A stretch of DNA of 43,393 bases from a virus (Duplodnaviria > Heunggongvirae > Uroviricota > Caudoviricetes), in IMG/VR virus record IMGVR_UViG_3300028805_000051, positions 1 through 43,393 of that record. The stretch is one strand, 5' to 3'. How positions within the stretch are numbered: the stretch's first letter is position 1; every line of letters begins with the position of its first letter. Under the pieces are notes generated by a model. The model worked only from the letters and a program-made list of their open reading frames with translations, did no database searches and was not told where the DNA came from. The position numbers were made by a program, and so were the translations under genes. Of this stretch, positions 1-8,724 are shown in pieces.

Positions 1-72
1 TCTGGAATTAAAGAAATCTCTATTAAACGGTCTAAACAAAAGAGCCTTCACTACAATTTTAACGCATTTTAA
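1..72 (+). CDS. 3' end of an upstream gene (partial)
   Basis: Frame 1 open from base 1: SGIKEISIKRSKQKSLHYNFNAF-TAA, followed by a terminator. Confidence 0.5.
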   Translation, partial: SGIKEISIKRSKQKSLHYNFNAF

Positions 73-85
73 TGTATTGTTTGTA

Positions 86-127
86 AAGGCTAGTATTTCT
101 TCGGAGGTACTAGCCTTATTTTTTTTT
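86..127 (+). terminator. Rho-independent terminator
   Basis: Stem AAGGCTAGTATTTC / GAGGTACTAGCCTT, TTCG loop, then A and a run of 9 T. Confidence 0.85.
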
Positions 128-130
128 AGT

Positions 131-1900
131 ATGGAAAATTATAAAGAAAAATATAAACAGGCTCTTGAAAGAGCAAAAGAGTGTCATATTGATGGACTGG
201 CCTTACATCAATCTATAAAAGCTATTATTGAACACATCTTCCCCGAACTCAAAGAAATCGAGGATGAGAAGTCTAAGAAATGGATATTAGAATATCTTTA
301 CGATGGTTTACGAAAATCCGATGAACAATTCAAAGAACAATTCAAAACCGCTATTGCTTGGCTCGAAAAGCAAGGTGAAAAAGTAGATGCAATAGAAAAC
401 TTTAATACTGAGTTTGAAAGACAAATTTCACACCTTATTGCAAGTACCATCAATAAAGAACATGAATATAATGAGAGCTTTGTTAAGTGGACTGCCAATG
501 CTTTGCTTAATTATGCTAAACATGAACTTGAAAAGCAACGCGAACATAAATGTGATTGCAAATATGTGGGGTGTCATGTGAATAACGTGAAAAGATGGTG
601 CCATAAAAAACAATCTGAAATTCTTTATGAGAAGTGTAATATTAAATGTTCTGAATATTTAAAGCAAGGTGAGCAAGAACAACTATATATTCGTTTTGGT
701 GAAATTCCGACTGATGAAAAATCTAAGATTTACCAGGGAGAAGTAGAAATTGGAACTGAAAATGGAGTGTCTGTTTATCCTGCTTTTAAAACAGATAAAG
801 GAGATATTGTTTTGGGATTAAATTTACCTATAACAAAAACTACTTTATATACTCAACAACATTTGATTGAATATGACAATAGACCGTGTTATCTTGTAAA
901 GGGTGATTATGTTGGTAAAGATACTGATGGACAACCTTTAATTAACAATATCAGTATCATTGAAAAGATTGACGGCTACAGAATCAAAGAAGAAAAGCAA
1001 TGTGAACAGAATCCTATTGATAAAATTCAATTTGGTAAAAATTATAAGTGCATTGCTTCACCAAGATACACTGCCTTTATGATAGGTAAAATATATAAAC
1101 CTGAAGATGAATTTCTTTGTAACTTGATGAATCTCTGTTGTGATTGTTTTGAGCCAATAGAAGATAGTGAACATAAGCCTGCTGATAAGGTTGAACCAAA
1201 GTTTAAGATTGGTGATTGGGCTGTATGGGATAATAAAATTTCCTGTCATGTTGATAATATTTATCAAGGTAAAGAATCTTTGATGTACACAATTACAGAT
1301 ATTAATAACATGATTCGTAGTTATAGTACTAAAAGTTTTGATAGCAATGCCCATCTTTGGACAATCCAAGATGCAAAGGATGGTGATGTGCTTTTTCATT
1401 CTGATTCTGCTTCCAATGGAATTTTCATATTTAAGAAAATAGTACAATGTGGAAGTATGCAAGAAGTAATATGTCATTGTGATTACGATTCTGAAGACCA
1501 TTTTTGTTTAGGTGAACGTCATACTTGTTGCTGGGTAGATGCTAAAATTCTTCATCCAGCCACCAAAGAACAGCGAGATTTTTTATTCCAAAAGATGAAA
1601 GAAGCAGGTTATGAATGGGATGCTGAGAAGAAAGAGTTGAGACAAAAGTCTGCTAAATGGAGTAAAGAGGATGAAAGAATCAGCAAAGCAATATATGAAT
1701 CAATTGATTTTCCTTGTTTAGAATCTTTTGGCGTTTCTGAAGATGAAGTTTGTGATTGGCTCAAATCCCTCAAACCCCAGAAGCATTTTAAGCCGAGTGA
1801 AAAGCAGATAAAAGCATTAAAATGGGTATTGTCAAATGTGCCCTATTGCATGCACAAAGAGGAAATTAACGGCTTATTAGAACAGTTAGAGCAACTATAA
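131..1900 (+). CDS. Mosaic multi-module hypothetical protein
   Basis: ATG at 131 just after the terminator (track start 77 overlaps it). Unrelated modules are joined by repeated EKQGE-like linkers; KPADKVEPKFKIGDW and HLWTIQDAKDGDVL segments follow. Confidence 0.85.
   Translation: MENYKEKYKQALERAKECHIDGLALHQSIKAIIEHIFPELKEIEDEKSKKWILEYLYDGLRKSDEQFKEQFKTAIAWLEKQGEKVDAIENFNTEFERQISHLIASTINKEHEYNESFVKWTANALLNYAKHELEKQREHKCDCKYVGCHVNNVKRWCHKKQSEILYEKCNIKCSEYLKQGEQEQLYIRFGEIPTDEKSKIYQGEVEIGTENGVSVYPAFKTDKGDIVLGLNLPITKTTLYTQQHLIEYDNRPCYLVKGDYVGKDTDGQPLINNISIIEKIDGYRIKEEKQCEQNPIDKIQFGKNYKCIASPRYTAFMIGKIYKPEDEFLCNLMNLCCDCFEPIEDSEHKPADKVEPKFKIGDWAVWDNKISCHVDNIYQGKESLMYTITDINNMIRSYSTKSFDSNAHLWTIQDAKDGDVLFHSDSASNGIFIFKKIVQCGSMQEVICHCDYDSEDHFCLGERHTCCWVDAKILHPATKEQRDFLFQKMKEAGYEWDAEKKELRQKSAKWSKEDERISKAIYESIDFPCLESFGVSEDEVCDWLKSLKPQKHFKPSEKQIKALKWVLSNVPYCMHKEEINGLLEQLEQL
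365..1006 (+). repeat. Four in-frame 15-nt linker repeats
   Basis: GAAAAGCAAGGTGAA 365-379, GAAAAGCAACGCGAA 530-544, TTAAAGCAAGGTGAG 659-673, GAAAAGCAATGTGAA 992-1006. Confidence 0.7.
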
Positions 1901-1902
1901 TT

Positions 1903-2391
1903 ATGGAAGTACCAGAGAAGATTTATTTACATCCGGACATTGGAGGAAAGGAATTTATTTGTCCATGGCTACACAAGGCAGCAAATTTGGAAAGCGTGGA
2001 ATATATCCGCAAGGATGTATTTATTGAGAATGCTTTAAAATGGTATTGCCTTGATTGTGAGTGTAACGATAACTGTAAGGCGGATTATAAATGTTTCTTT
2101 AGGCAAGAATACAAACGTTATCTTGAAGGAAACAACAATGCTATTCCACCAAAGTTTAATAATGCAATAAATCCTGATGGAAGTGTAACAGAAAATTATT
2201 GTTACAGACATTTTATTCGAAAAGTACGAGATGCCTTTATTGAGAAGGCTTGCAAATGGTTAAAAGAAAACATAACAAACAATCCTAATGCTAATAGTGT
2301 TTTGGTGAGAAATGGTTGTGTGACTTTAGAAATGCTCATTAAAGACTTTAAAAACCATATGACTGGCTCAAACAACTCAGACAAAGAATAA
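1903..2391 (+). CDS. Hypothetical protein with an internal Cys-rich module between direct repeats
   Basis: ORF 162 aa; DVFIENALKW and DAFIEKACKW repeats 72 codons apart. Confidence 0.8.
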   Translation: MEVPEKIYLHPDIGGKEFICPWLHKAANLESVEYIRKDVFIENALKWYCLDCECNDNCKADYKCFFRQEYKRYLEGNNNAIPPKFNNAINPDGSVTENYCYRHFIRKVRDAFIEKACKWLKENITNNPNANSVLVRNGCVTLEMLIKDFKNHMTGSNNSDKE

Positions 2392-2405
2392 AAGGAGAAT
2401 AAGTT

Positions 2406-2708
2406 ATGAATCCTATATTATTTGGAATAGTATTTGGTGCAATAATGCTTTATATAATCTGGATTACTTTTACTGATGATAATTTTAATAATTACAAAAA
2501 GAAAAATATGAATACTATTTACAAAGACATTAAATTTAAAGTAGGTGATGTCATCTCCGATGGATTTTATCAAGTTACTGTTGATAGTGTCCAGGAGGAT
2601 TATTATATTGTCACAAGTGAGGAAATAAAAAATGATGCCCATATAGTAGATTGGATTATTTATTTTAAAGACCAAGATAAATGGAAACTTGTAAATAATA
2701 AAGACTGA
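2406..2708 (+). CDS. Hypothetical protein (N-terminal TM helix, KFKVGD motif)
   Basis: ORF 100 aa; hydrophobic N-terminus; possible second start at MNTIY. Confidence 0.65.
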   Translation: MNPILFGIVFGAIMLYIIWITFTDDNFNNYKKKNMNTIYKDIKFKVGDVISDGFYQVTVDSVQEDYYIVTSEEIKNDAHIVDWIIYFKDQDKWKLVNNKD

Positions 2709-2714
2709 AAGGAG

Positions 2715-3116
2715 ATGAAACAACTTAAAAAAATAGCTGAAGACTATGTTTCGTTTGAAGTTGCAAAACTTCTTAAAGAGAAAGGATTTGATGTATATGG
2801 TGATGGTTCTTTTGGTAGTGAAACAGAGATACATAGAGAATACTCACCGAGTGGTAAGATAAAAGCATTATATAATTCTAAGCCACATAAAGATGGATAT
2901 CCAGCACCAACTCATCAAATGGCTCTTAAATGGCTGAGAGAAGCACATAATTTACATATAAATATATTTGTAACTTGGAAGGACAAAATTCCTCATTATC
3001 AATGGAGTATAGATAATCTAATAACACAAGACACAACATATGATACTCCTTGTTTAGAAAAATATGAAGAAGCCTGTGAAGCAGCAATCAAATATTGTCT
3101 AACCAATCTAATTTAG
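2715..3116 (+). CDS. Hypothetical protein
   Basis: ORF 133 aa, EDYVSFEVAKLLKEKGF and YPAPTHQMALKWLRE motifs; ends in TAG. Confidence 0.8.
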   Translation: MKQLKKIAEDYVSFEVAKLLKEKGFDVYGDGSFGSETEIHREYSPSGKIKALYNSKPHKDGYPAPTHQMALKWLREAHNLHINIFVTWKDKIPHYQWSIDNLITQDTTYDTPCLEKYEEACEAAIKYCLTNLI

Positions 3117-3122
3117 ATAATT

Positions 3123-3614
3123 ATGAAAGAACAAATCATTCAAATTCCAGATACTTTGGAAATAAAAGAAATTAAAGATGGTAAGATTATTCTTGTTGAA
3201 AGAGAGAAGAAACTTACTTATAAGGATATAGCAAAAGAGTTATTTCCTGAGAATAAAATACATTATTATCCTAATAGCAGTGGGAAAATTTGTGTTTCTA
3301 ATACTATAAAAGATAATTGTTGTTGTGAAAATAATGCTACATCACCAAGACAATTAGAAAAACTTCTTGCTATTAATAAAGTTATGAATGTTGCTAAATA
3401 TCTTAATGATGGTTGGCAGCCTGATTGGGAAAACATGAATGAAATTAAATATTCCATAGGATATGATCATGACAATGATAGAATTATTTTTAATATTACT
3501 AGTATATTATATAATTGGAGTGTAGTATATTTCAAATCAGAAGAACTTGCCAAACAAGCAGTAGAAATTCTTGGAGAAGAAACAATAAAACTTGCACTTT
3601 GTACTGATTATTAA
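3123..3614 (+). CDS. Hypothetical protein
   Basis: ORF 163 aa, AKYLNDGWQPDW and VYFKSEELAKQA motifs. Confidence 0.8.
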   Translation: MKEQIIQIPDTLEIKEIKDGKIILVEREKKLTYKDIAKELFPENKIHYYPNSSGKICVSNTIKDNCCCENNATSPRQLEKLLAINKVMNVAKYLNDGWQPDWENMNEIKYSIGYDHDNDRIIFNITSILYNWSVVYFKSEELAKQAVEILGEETIKLALCTDY

Positions 3615-3626
3615 AATATAAATAAT

Positions 3627-3689
3627 ATGGAAAATTACAAAGAAAAATACGAACAGGCTCTTGAAAGATGTAAAAGTGAAGCAGTATAA
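3627..3689 (+). pseudogene. 20-codon remnant copy of the N-terminus of the 131..1900 gene
   Basis: MENYKEKYEQALERCKSEAV* versus MENYKEKYKQALERAKE; DNA nearly identical over the first 42 nt. Confidence 0.75.
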
Positions 3690-3703
3690 AAAATAAATTT
3701 AAA

Positions 3704-3940
3704 ATGGATAAGATACGTAAAATAAAGTTTCCAGACCTTTTGCTTGACAAGCAAGATAAATCAGACGAGTATGGTTATCATTGGGTTGAAACAAAGTATG
3801 AAGACCGTCGTACTCAGACTTGTATCTTGTTGAGAGAATGGGATGGAAAAGGATATTATCTTCCATTAAAAGCACCATATGAACTATGTAGAGAAGATAA
3901 CTATCCAAGAGAAAATCGTGGCAATTATACAGAGTTCTGA
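3704..3940 (+). CDS. Hypothetical protein
   Basis: ORF 78 aa with AT-rich start context. Confidence 0.6.
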   Translation: MDKIRKIKFPDLLLDKQDKSDEYGYHWVETKYEDRRTQTCILLREWDGKGYYLPLKAPYELCREDNYPRENRGNYTEF

Positions 3941-4346
3941 GCCTGAATATAAAGGACTCATGAAAACACTTCCTGATGGTGTGTTTATGCCAACTTTGGA
4001 GTATTGTAATAATGTTTCTCCGAAAGAATGGTTCGATGCGTTCATTACAATATGCACCGAATTTCCAGAAAAGATAGACCATATTGCTAACTTCTCTTTT
4101 ATGGTTAGTTCTGAAAATAAATTATATAATGGGTATTATCTTATATGTCATCCATTTGTGAATTTTGTTAAAGATGACAACGGAGTATTGTCATACAAAG
4201 ATGAAAGAACTTGGATAGTAAAGGCAACACACAGTATTAAGATTGGCGAGGATTATAAAGACCATACAGGAAATGTATTTTTTCATAAAAAGGAATATAT
4301 GGAAAAGTGGTTTGGAGGAAATCTACTACCAATAATTATGATTTAA
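3879..4346 (+). CDS. Hypothetical protein
   Basis: ORF 155 aa. Confidence 0.7.
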   Translation: MNYVEKITIQEKIVAIIQSSEPEYKGLMKTLPDGVFMPTLEYCNNVSPKEWFDAFITICTEFPEKIDHIANFSFMVSSENKLYNGYYLICHPFVNFVKDDNGVLSYKDERTWIVKATHSIKIGEDYKDHTGNVFFHKKEYMEKWFGGNLLPIIMI

Positions 4347-4356
4347 AACAATATAT

Positions 4357-4785
4357 ATGACACAGGAAGATAAAGAATTACTACTTAAAGACCTCTGTGC
4401 GAGATTACCGTATGGCGTAATGGTTCGTGTGGAGGTTAACGATGTTTTTATCACACCCACAGATGAAGTTGCGACCGTCAACACAATCAACATGCTTGAC
4501 TATCCGCAAAAGTTTAGAATTACCCCGTACCTTCGTCCAATGTCAAGTATGACGGAGGAAGAATTTAATGAATATCATAACATTAAATATAATAAAGTTA
4601 CAAATAGAGATAATTATAAGCGTATTGACGTTGGTAAGTTCCATAATATCGGAATAATCCCAATAGAAGAATATTTAGATTGGCTTAATTCTCATTACTT
4701 CGATTACAGAGGACTCATAGAGAAAGGTCTTGCTCTTGAGGCGCCTGAAGGAATGTATGATAGTAAAAACAACACTAAAATATGA
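4357..4785 (+). CDS. Hypothetical protein
   Basis: ORF 142 aa; MTQEDKELLLKDLCARLPYG...PYLRPMSSMTEEE...DYRGLIEKGLALEAPEGMY. Confidence 0.85.
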   Translation: MTQEDKELLLKDLCARLPYGVMVRVEVNDVFITPTDEVATVNTINMLDYPQKFRITPYLRPMSSMTEEEFNEYHNIKYNKVTNRDNYKRIDVGKFHNIGIIPIEEYLDWLNSHYFDYRGLIEKGLALEAPEGMYDSKNNTKI

Positions 4786-5726
4786 TTATAGAGAATAACT
4801 CCTTGGAGGTATTAAGAACTTGTGAGTATGTCAAGAACGACAAACTTGGTGCAATGGTTTCCAACAACCTTTATCTTTCGATTGTTGCAACGAACTCTTG
4901 TCAATGTAATTGCTCTTATTGTATCAATTCATTGACAGACAAAACTCTGCAACTTCCTTTAGAAAAGGCAAAGGTGAATATCAAGAAATCGGTTGATAAC
5001 TTCGGTATTAAAGAAGCCATCATACTCGGTGGTGAACCTACACTGTATCCGTATCTGTTTGACCTCATCAAGTTCTTGAAGAACGATTGTAATCTCCGAA
5101 AGGTAGGTTTCACCACCAATGGTATCAAATTGAAAAACGTTGCATATCTCGAAGGTGTTGCCAGAACTGGTGTTGATTTCATCAACATCTCCTATCATAA
5201 TCACGGTGAGTTCTTACACCCAATCGATATGTGGTCTATCTACTATCAGTTCTGTGATATTAAACAACCCCATCAGAAAATCCGAATCAACACGAATGTG
5301 TGGAAGGGAAACCACGACACAATCGAATCGTTGCTAAAATTTATAGGTGAAATAACGGTGTATTGCGATGAAATAAGAATTAGTAACATCATTCGTAAAG
5401 ATAGTTTCTCTGTGAATCCAAACACCGTAGATGAGGCAGAATCCATATATATGACGGATAAAGAATATGAGGTATTGTTTAACCAGTTTCTCGATTCCTA
5501 CAAACCTTATTACAGCATAATTCACAATCCATTGGCTCTTGGCTTTGTCAACTACTACCTTATACCTACAAAGAAACCAATAATTCTCAACTGGAACATC
5601 AACAGTAAAGTTTCAGAGCAAGTGTGTGAAAACAATCTTGGCGACAACAAAATTCACACCATTAAGTGCCTTGTGACTGGTGATATGAGTTTATCTTGGA
5701 ATAAGTCTAACATAATAGAATTGTAA
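4782..5726 (+). CDS. Radical SAM enzyme
   Basis: CxxxCxxC (CQCNCSYC), GGEPTL, TTNG motifs. Confidence 0.9.
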   Translation: MIIENNSLEVLRTCEYVKNDKLGAMVSNNLYLSIVATNSCQCNCSYCINSLTDKTLQLPLEKAKVNIKKSVDNFGIKEAIILGGEPTLYPYLFDLIKFLKNDCNLRKVGFTTNGIKLKNVAYLEGVARTGVDFINISYHNHGEFLHPIDMWSIYYQFCDIKQPHQKIRINTNVWKGNHDTIESLLKFIGEITVYCDEIRISNIIRKDSFSVNPNTVDEAESIYMTDKEYEVLFNQFLDSYKPYYSIIHNPLALGFVNYYLIPTKKPIILNWNINSKVSEQVCENNLGDNKIHTIKCLVTGDMSLSWNKSNIIEL

Positions 5727-5744
5727 ACAAAAACAAGAATAACA

Positions 5745-6215
5745 ATGACACACTATACGACATTAGAACAGAGTAAGAAATTGGTAGAATTAGGATTGAA
5801 TCCTGATACTGCTGACATGAAGTGGTACTATTGGAAAGATGAAATAGATGCACCCAAAGTACCTACTTTAGGATTTGATAAAGCAGTCTTAGAATCTTAT
5901 AAAAATACACAGGCAGTCTATCTGCCTTGTTGGTCTCTTGGTGCCTTAATGGATTTATTACCACCCAGCGTTCAAACAGGTGAAGGTATGCAAAATCAAT
6001 ATGAAATTGACATACGAAAGTATTGGGGAGAGGAAGAAAATCTGTATCAAATTGCCTATGGTAATGATAGAGGACTTAGTGAAGAGTGGCACGATATGAT
6101 TAATACTAGAGAGAGTGAAAATCTAATTGACGTTGCATTAGATATGGTTTGCTGGCTTCTTGAAAATGGATATTTATTTGGAATAGATTATCTGAAAAAG
6201 ATCAACAATTTGTAA
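5745..6215 (+). CDS. Hypothetical protein
   Basis: ORF 156 aa; YTTLEQSKKLVELG...TADM...PCWSLGALMDLLP. Confidence 0.8.
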   Translation: MTHYTTLEQSKKLVELGLNPDTADMKWYYWKDEIDAPKVPTLGFDKAVLESYKNTQAVYLPCWSLGALMDLLPPSVQTGEGMQNQYEIDIRKYWGEEENLYQIAYGNDRGLSEEWHDMINTRESENLIDVALDMVCWLLENGYLFGIDYLKKINNL

Positions 6216-6370
6216 GAGATCATCCTTGGTGTTGTACTGTTATTGAAGATTTTACAGGAACTGTAGAATTTTATGACAGTGATCCAGAAACTAGACATGT
6301 AATAGGAAAAGGTAATAAACCTTCCTTTAGTATACAATCAGGATTATAAAACTTATAAAATTAAATTAGT

Positions 6371-6508
6371 ATGTTAGATAAAATTGAATTTCAAAAGTTT
6401 CTTGAAGAAACTGCTAAAATTGAACATTCTATTAAGAGTTCGTTAGGTAGAATTAATAAAGTCATTCAAGGAGTGGATGCATTTATAGAAAGAATAAAAA
6501 ATGAATGA
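6371..6508 (+). CDS. Small hypothetical protein (45 aa)
   Basis: ATG 6371 to TGA 6508 overlapping the rnhA start; below the ORF-track cut-off. Confidence 0.55.
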   Translation: MLDKIEFQKFLEETAKIEHSIKSSLGRINKVIQGVDAFIERIKNE

Positions 6509-6926
6509 TTATGTAATTTATACTGACGGAGCTTATTCATCTTCCAGAAAACAGGGTGGAAGTGCTTTTGTTATTCTTAAAGATGGTGAAAAAGTAATGG
6601 AATGGTCCAAGTGTTGGAAAGGTGGAACTAATAACACAGCAGAAATATTTGCTATATTTGCAGCACTTTCTACATTTAAAAAGCCTGTAAATTCTATTAC
6701 AATTTATTCAGATTCACAATATTGTCTAGGTTGTATATTTAATGGTTGGACAAGACGAGCAAATGTTAAAATTTGGAAAGCATTTGATAAAATGTTTGAG
6801 AATTTAAAAACTCTTTGTCCAAATATTAAAGGTATACATATTGATGGACATAGTAAAGAAAAGAATGAACATACTCAATATAATAATTGGGTAGATAGAC
6901 TTGCTGTAGAAGCTTCACACGAATAA
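6501..6926 (+). CDS. rnhA: Ribonuclease HI
   Basis: IYTDGA, TNNTAE, YSDSQY, GHS, N..VDRLA catalytic motifs. Confidence 0.95.
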   Translation: MNDYVIYTDGAYSSSRKQGGSAFVILKDGEKVMEWSKCWKGGTNNTAEIFAIFAALSTFKKPVNSITIYSDSQYCLGCIFNGWTRRANVKIWKAFDKMFENLKTLCPNIKGIHIDGHSKEKNEHTQYNNWVDRLAVEASHE

Positions 6927-7090
6927 TGAGTACATTTACAATAATTCTCTTTTCATTTTTCACTATTGTGCTTCTCGTTCAAATTCTTGATATTGAAATT
7001 GAAAATTTACCAGACTGTTGGGTAATTAGATATTCAAATCCTTTAACACGTATAAGATATGAAAATGTCATACCCAAAAAGACAAGCTAA
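6926..7090 (+). CDS. Small membrane protein (54 aa)
   Basis: TAATG coupling to rnhA; MSTFTIILFSFFTIVLLVQIL hydrophobic N-terminus. Confidence 0.55.
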   Translation: MSTFTIILFSFFTIVLLVQILDIEIENLPDCWVIRYSNPLTRIRYENVIPKKTS

Positions 7091-7493
7091 ATCAAAAATA
7101 AGAATAAAAGAACTTAATTTTCAATGTGAAGATTTCATATTAAATTATGAAAATTGTACTGATGGTTATTCTGAATATCCTAATTTTCATGCTTGTAATT
7201 TATATTTACCAAAAACAGTAAACAAAGGTAAATCTAATGAACGAACAGAATTAAAATGGGATAGTTATCCTACTTCAAAAGAAGCTATTCTTAAAATTAT
7301 AATAAACAGAATAGTAAATTCTGGAAATTGTAATTTTAAAGGTAAAGGCGATGAAGGTTTAGCTCAATTCTTTAGTAGATACAAAGAAGAAAGAAAAAAG
7401 TTTATTTCTTTATTTAATCATACTGAAGAAGAATGGTTAGATTTATTAGAATTTGATAAAAAGAAAAAATCATATAGTGTTACATTGAAATGA
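7059..7493 (+). CDS. Hypothetical protein
   Basis: ORF 144 aa. Confidence 0.75.
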   Translation: MKMSYPKRQAKSKIRIKELNFQCEDFILNYENCTDGYSEYPNFHACNLYLPKTVNKGKSNERTELKWDSYPTSKEAILKIIINRIVNSGNCNFKGKGDEGLAQFFSRYKEERKKFISLFNHTEEEWLDLLEFDKKKKSYSVTLK

Positions 7494-7948
7494 GTGCTGA
7501 AGAATCAAAAGGATATATTCAGATTCAAGGTCCAGAATATATAATAAGAAGTTCTGGATTAGGATTTTCTTGGGATTTATATCTTTTAAAAGTAATTAAT
7601 AAAGGTAAGGAAGATCAAAAATATGAGTTTAAACCAGCAGGTTTTGGACTTAGATTTGAAACTTGTATTAAATCTATTATTAATTATCGAGTAAAGTCAA
7701 GAAGTAAATCTTTAGGAAAAGGAGGAGATGATGACATCAAAAAGTTAATGAAAATATGGATGGAAGAGAAGACTAAACTTTTATCTATATTAGATTTATC
7801 TAATGATGAATGGTCTAATTTATCCTGTTTAAAGAAAATTCCACTTGAACAATTGAAACAAAGAGATTTAATTGATGCAGAAGTAGTTGAAGCATCAGAC
7901 AATGAAGAAGATAATGAAGAAATTGAAGAAACTAAAAATCAAGATTAA
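7490..7948 (+). CDS. Hypothetical protein with acidic tail
   Basis: ORF 152 aa, ATGA overlap with the previous gene. Confidence 0.8.
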   Translation: MSAEESKGYIQIQGPEYIIRSSGLGFSWDLYLLKVINKGKEDQKYEFKPAGFGLRFETCIKSIINYRVKSRSKSLGKGGDDDIKKLMKIWMEEKTKLLSILDLSNDEWSNLSCLKKIPLEQLKQRDLIDAEVVEASDNEEDNEEIEETKNQD

Positions 7949-7970
7949 TAACTTTTAAATTTAAAAAATT

Positions 7971-8396
7971 ATGGTTAAGACCAGAGTTGAATTCCGTAAT
8001 GGAGTATTTACTGATTACATGGGTAATCAACGTCAGTACATTGTAGCTGCAGTTAGTGAACGTATTCCTGAAGAAGGAATGGTTATTACAGCTAATGAAG
8101 ATAAAGTAGATGAAATTATTATTTCTGATGTTTGTAAAAAACTTTCTTTAGGATTTGCTATTTGTAGTCCTGAAGATAAATGGAATGAAGAACTTGGAAA
8201 GACTATTGCTCTTGGTAAAGCTGTAAAACGTCCTTCAAGAGTACTCTATGCTTCTCATGCAGGTATGATTAATACTGATGTAGTAAACGCATTGGTAAAT
8301 CAGGAGATGAAATATTTTGAAAATAATCCTGGAACAATCATAGCTGGATACAATAATGCAGAAGCTAAATATAGAGAAGAACAGAAAAATAAGTAA
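7971..8396 (+). CDS. Hypothetical protein
   Basis: ORF 141 aa; GFAICSPEDKWNEELGKTIALGKA motif common in phage proteins. Confidence 0.85.
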   Translation: MVKTRVEFRNGVFTDYMGNQRQYIVAAVSERIPEEGMVITANEDKVDEIIISDVCKKLSLGFAICSPEDKWNEELGKTIALGKAVKRPSRVLYASHAGMINTDVVNALVNQEMKYFENNPGTIIAGYNNAEAKYREEQKNK

Positions 8397-8724
8397 TATT
8401 TTTATATTTATTTGTGTTCTTATGTTATGTTCATTTGGTATAATAAATGTTATAAAATATCATAAGAATATTAATAATATAGAAAAAACTTATAGTGAAA
8501 AAATAGATTCACTAAATCATTCTATTGATAGTCTAGAAAATTGTATTAGTTTAATTAAACCAAAAATTGATACAATTTATAAATTAAAAGTATCAACTAA
8601 ATATATCTATGAAAAGAAAGCTGATAGTATTTGGAATCAATCTGCTAATGATGATTGGAATTATTATACCAACTTCCTCAGCACAAGATTTCCGAGTGAC
8701 TCCTGTTCAATTAAAACAAACTAA
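8356..8724 (+). CDS. Membrane-anchored coiled-coil protein (possible i-spanin-like)
   Basis: N-terminal TM helix then a helical periplasmic-type region; overlaps the next gene by 116 nt. Confidence 0.6.
   Translation: MQKLNIEKNRKISNIFIFICVLMLCSFGIINVIKYHKNINNIEKTYSEKIDSLNHSIDSLENCISLIKPKIDTIYKLKVSTKYIYEKKADSIWNQSANDDWNYYTNFLSTRFPSDSCSIKTN

Noticed and set aside
43-91. Possible antiterminator pairing AGCCTT (43-48) with AAGGCT (86-91)
   Set aside because: Only about 6 bp plus a short separate helix, lies inside the upstream ORF, and cannot compete with the 14-bp terminator stem
77-130. N-terminal extension of ORF 77..1900
   Set aside because: It runs through the terminator hairpin and T tract; the ATG at 131 matches the duplicated start at 3627
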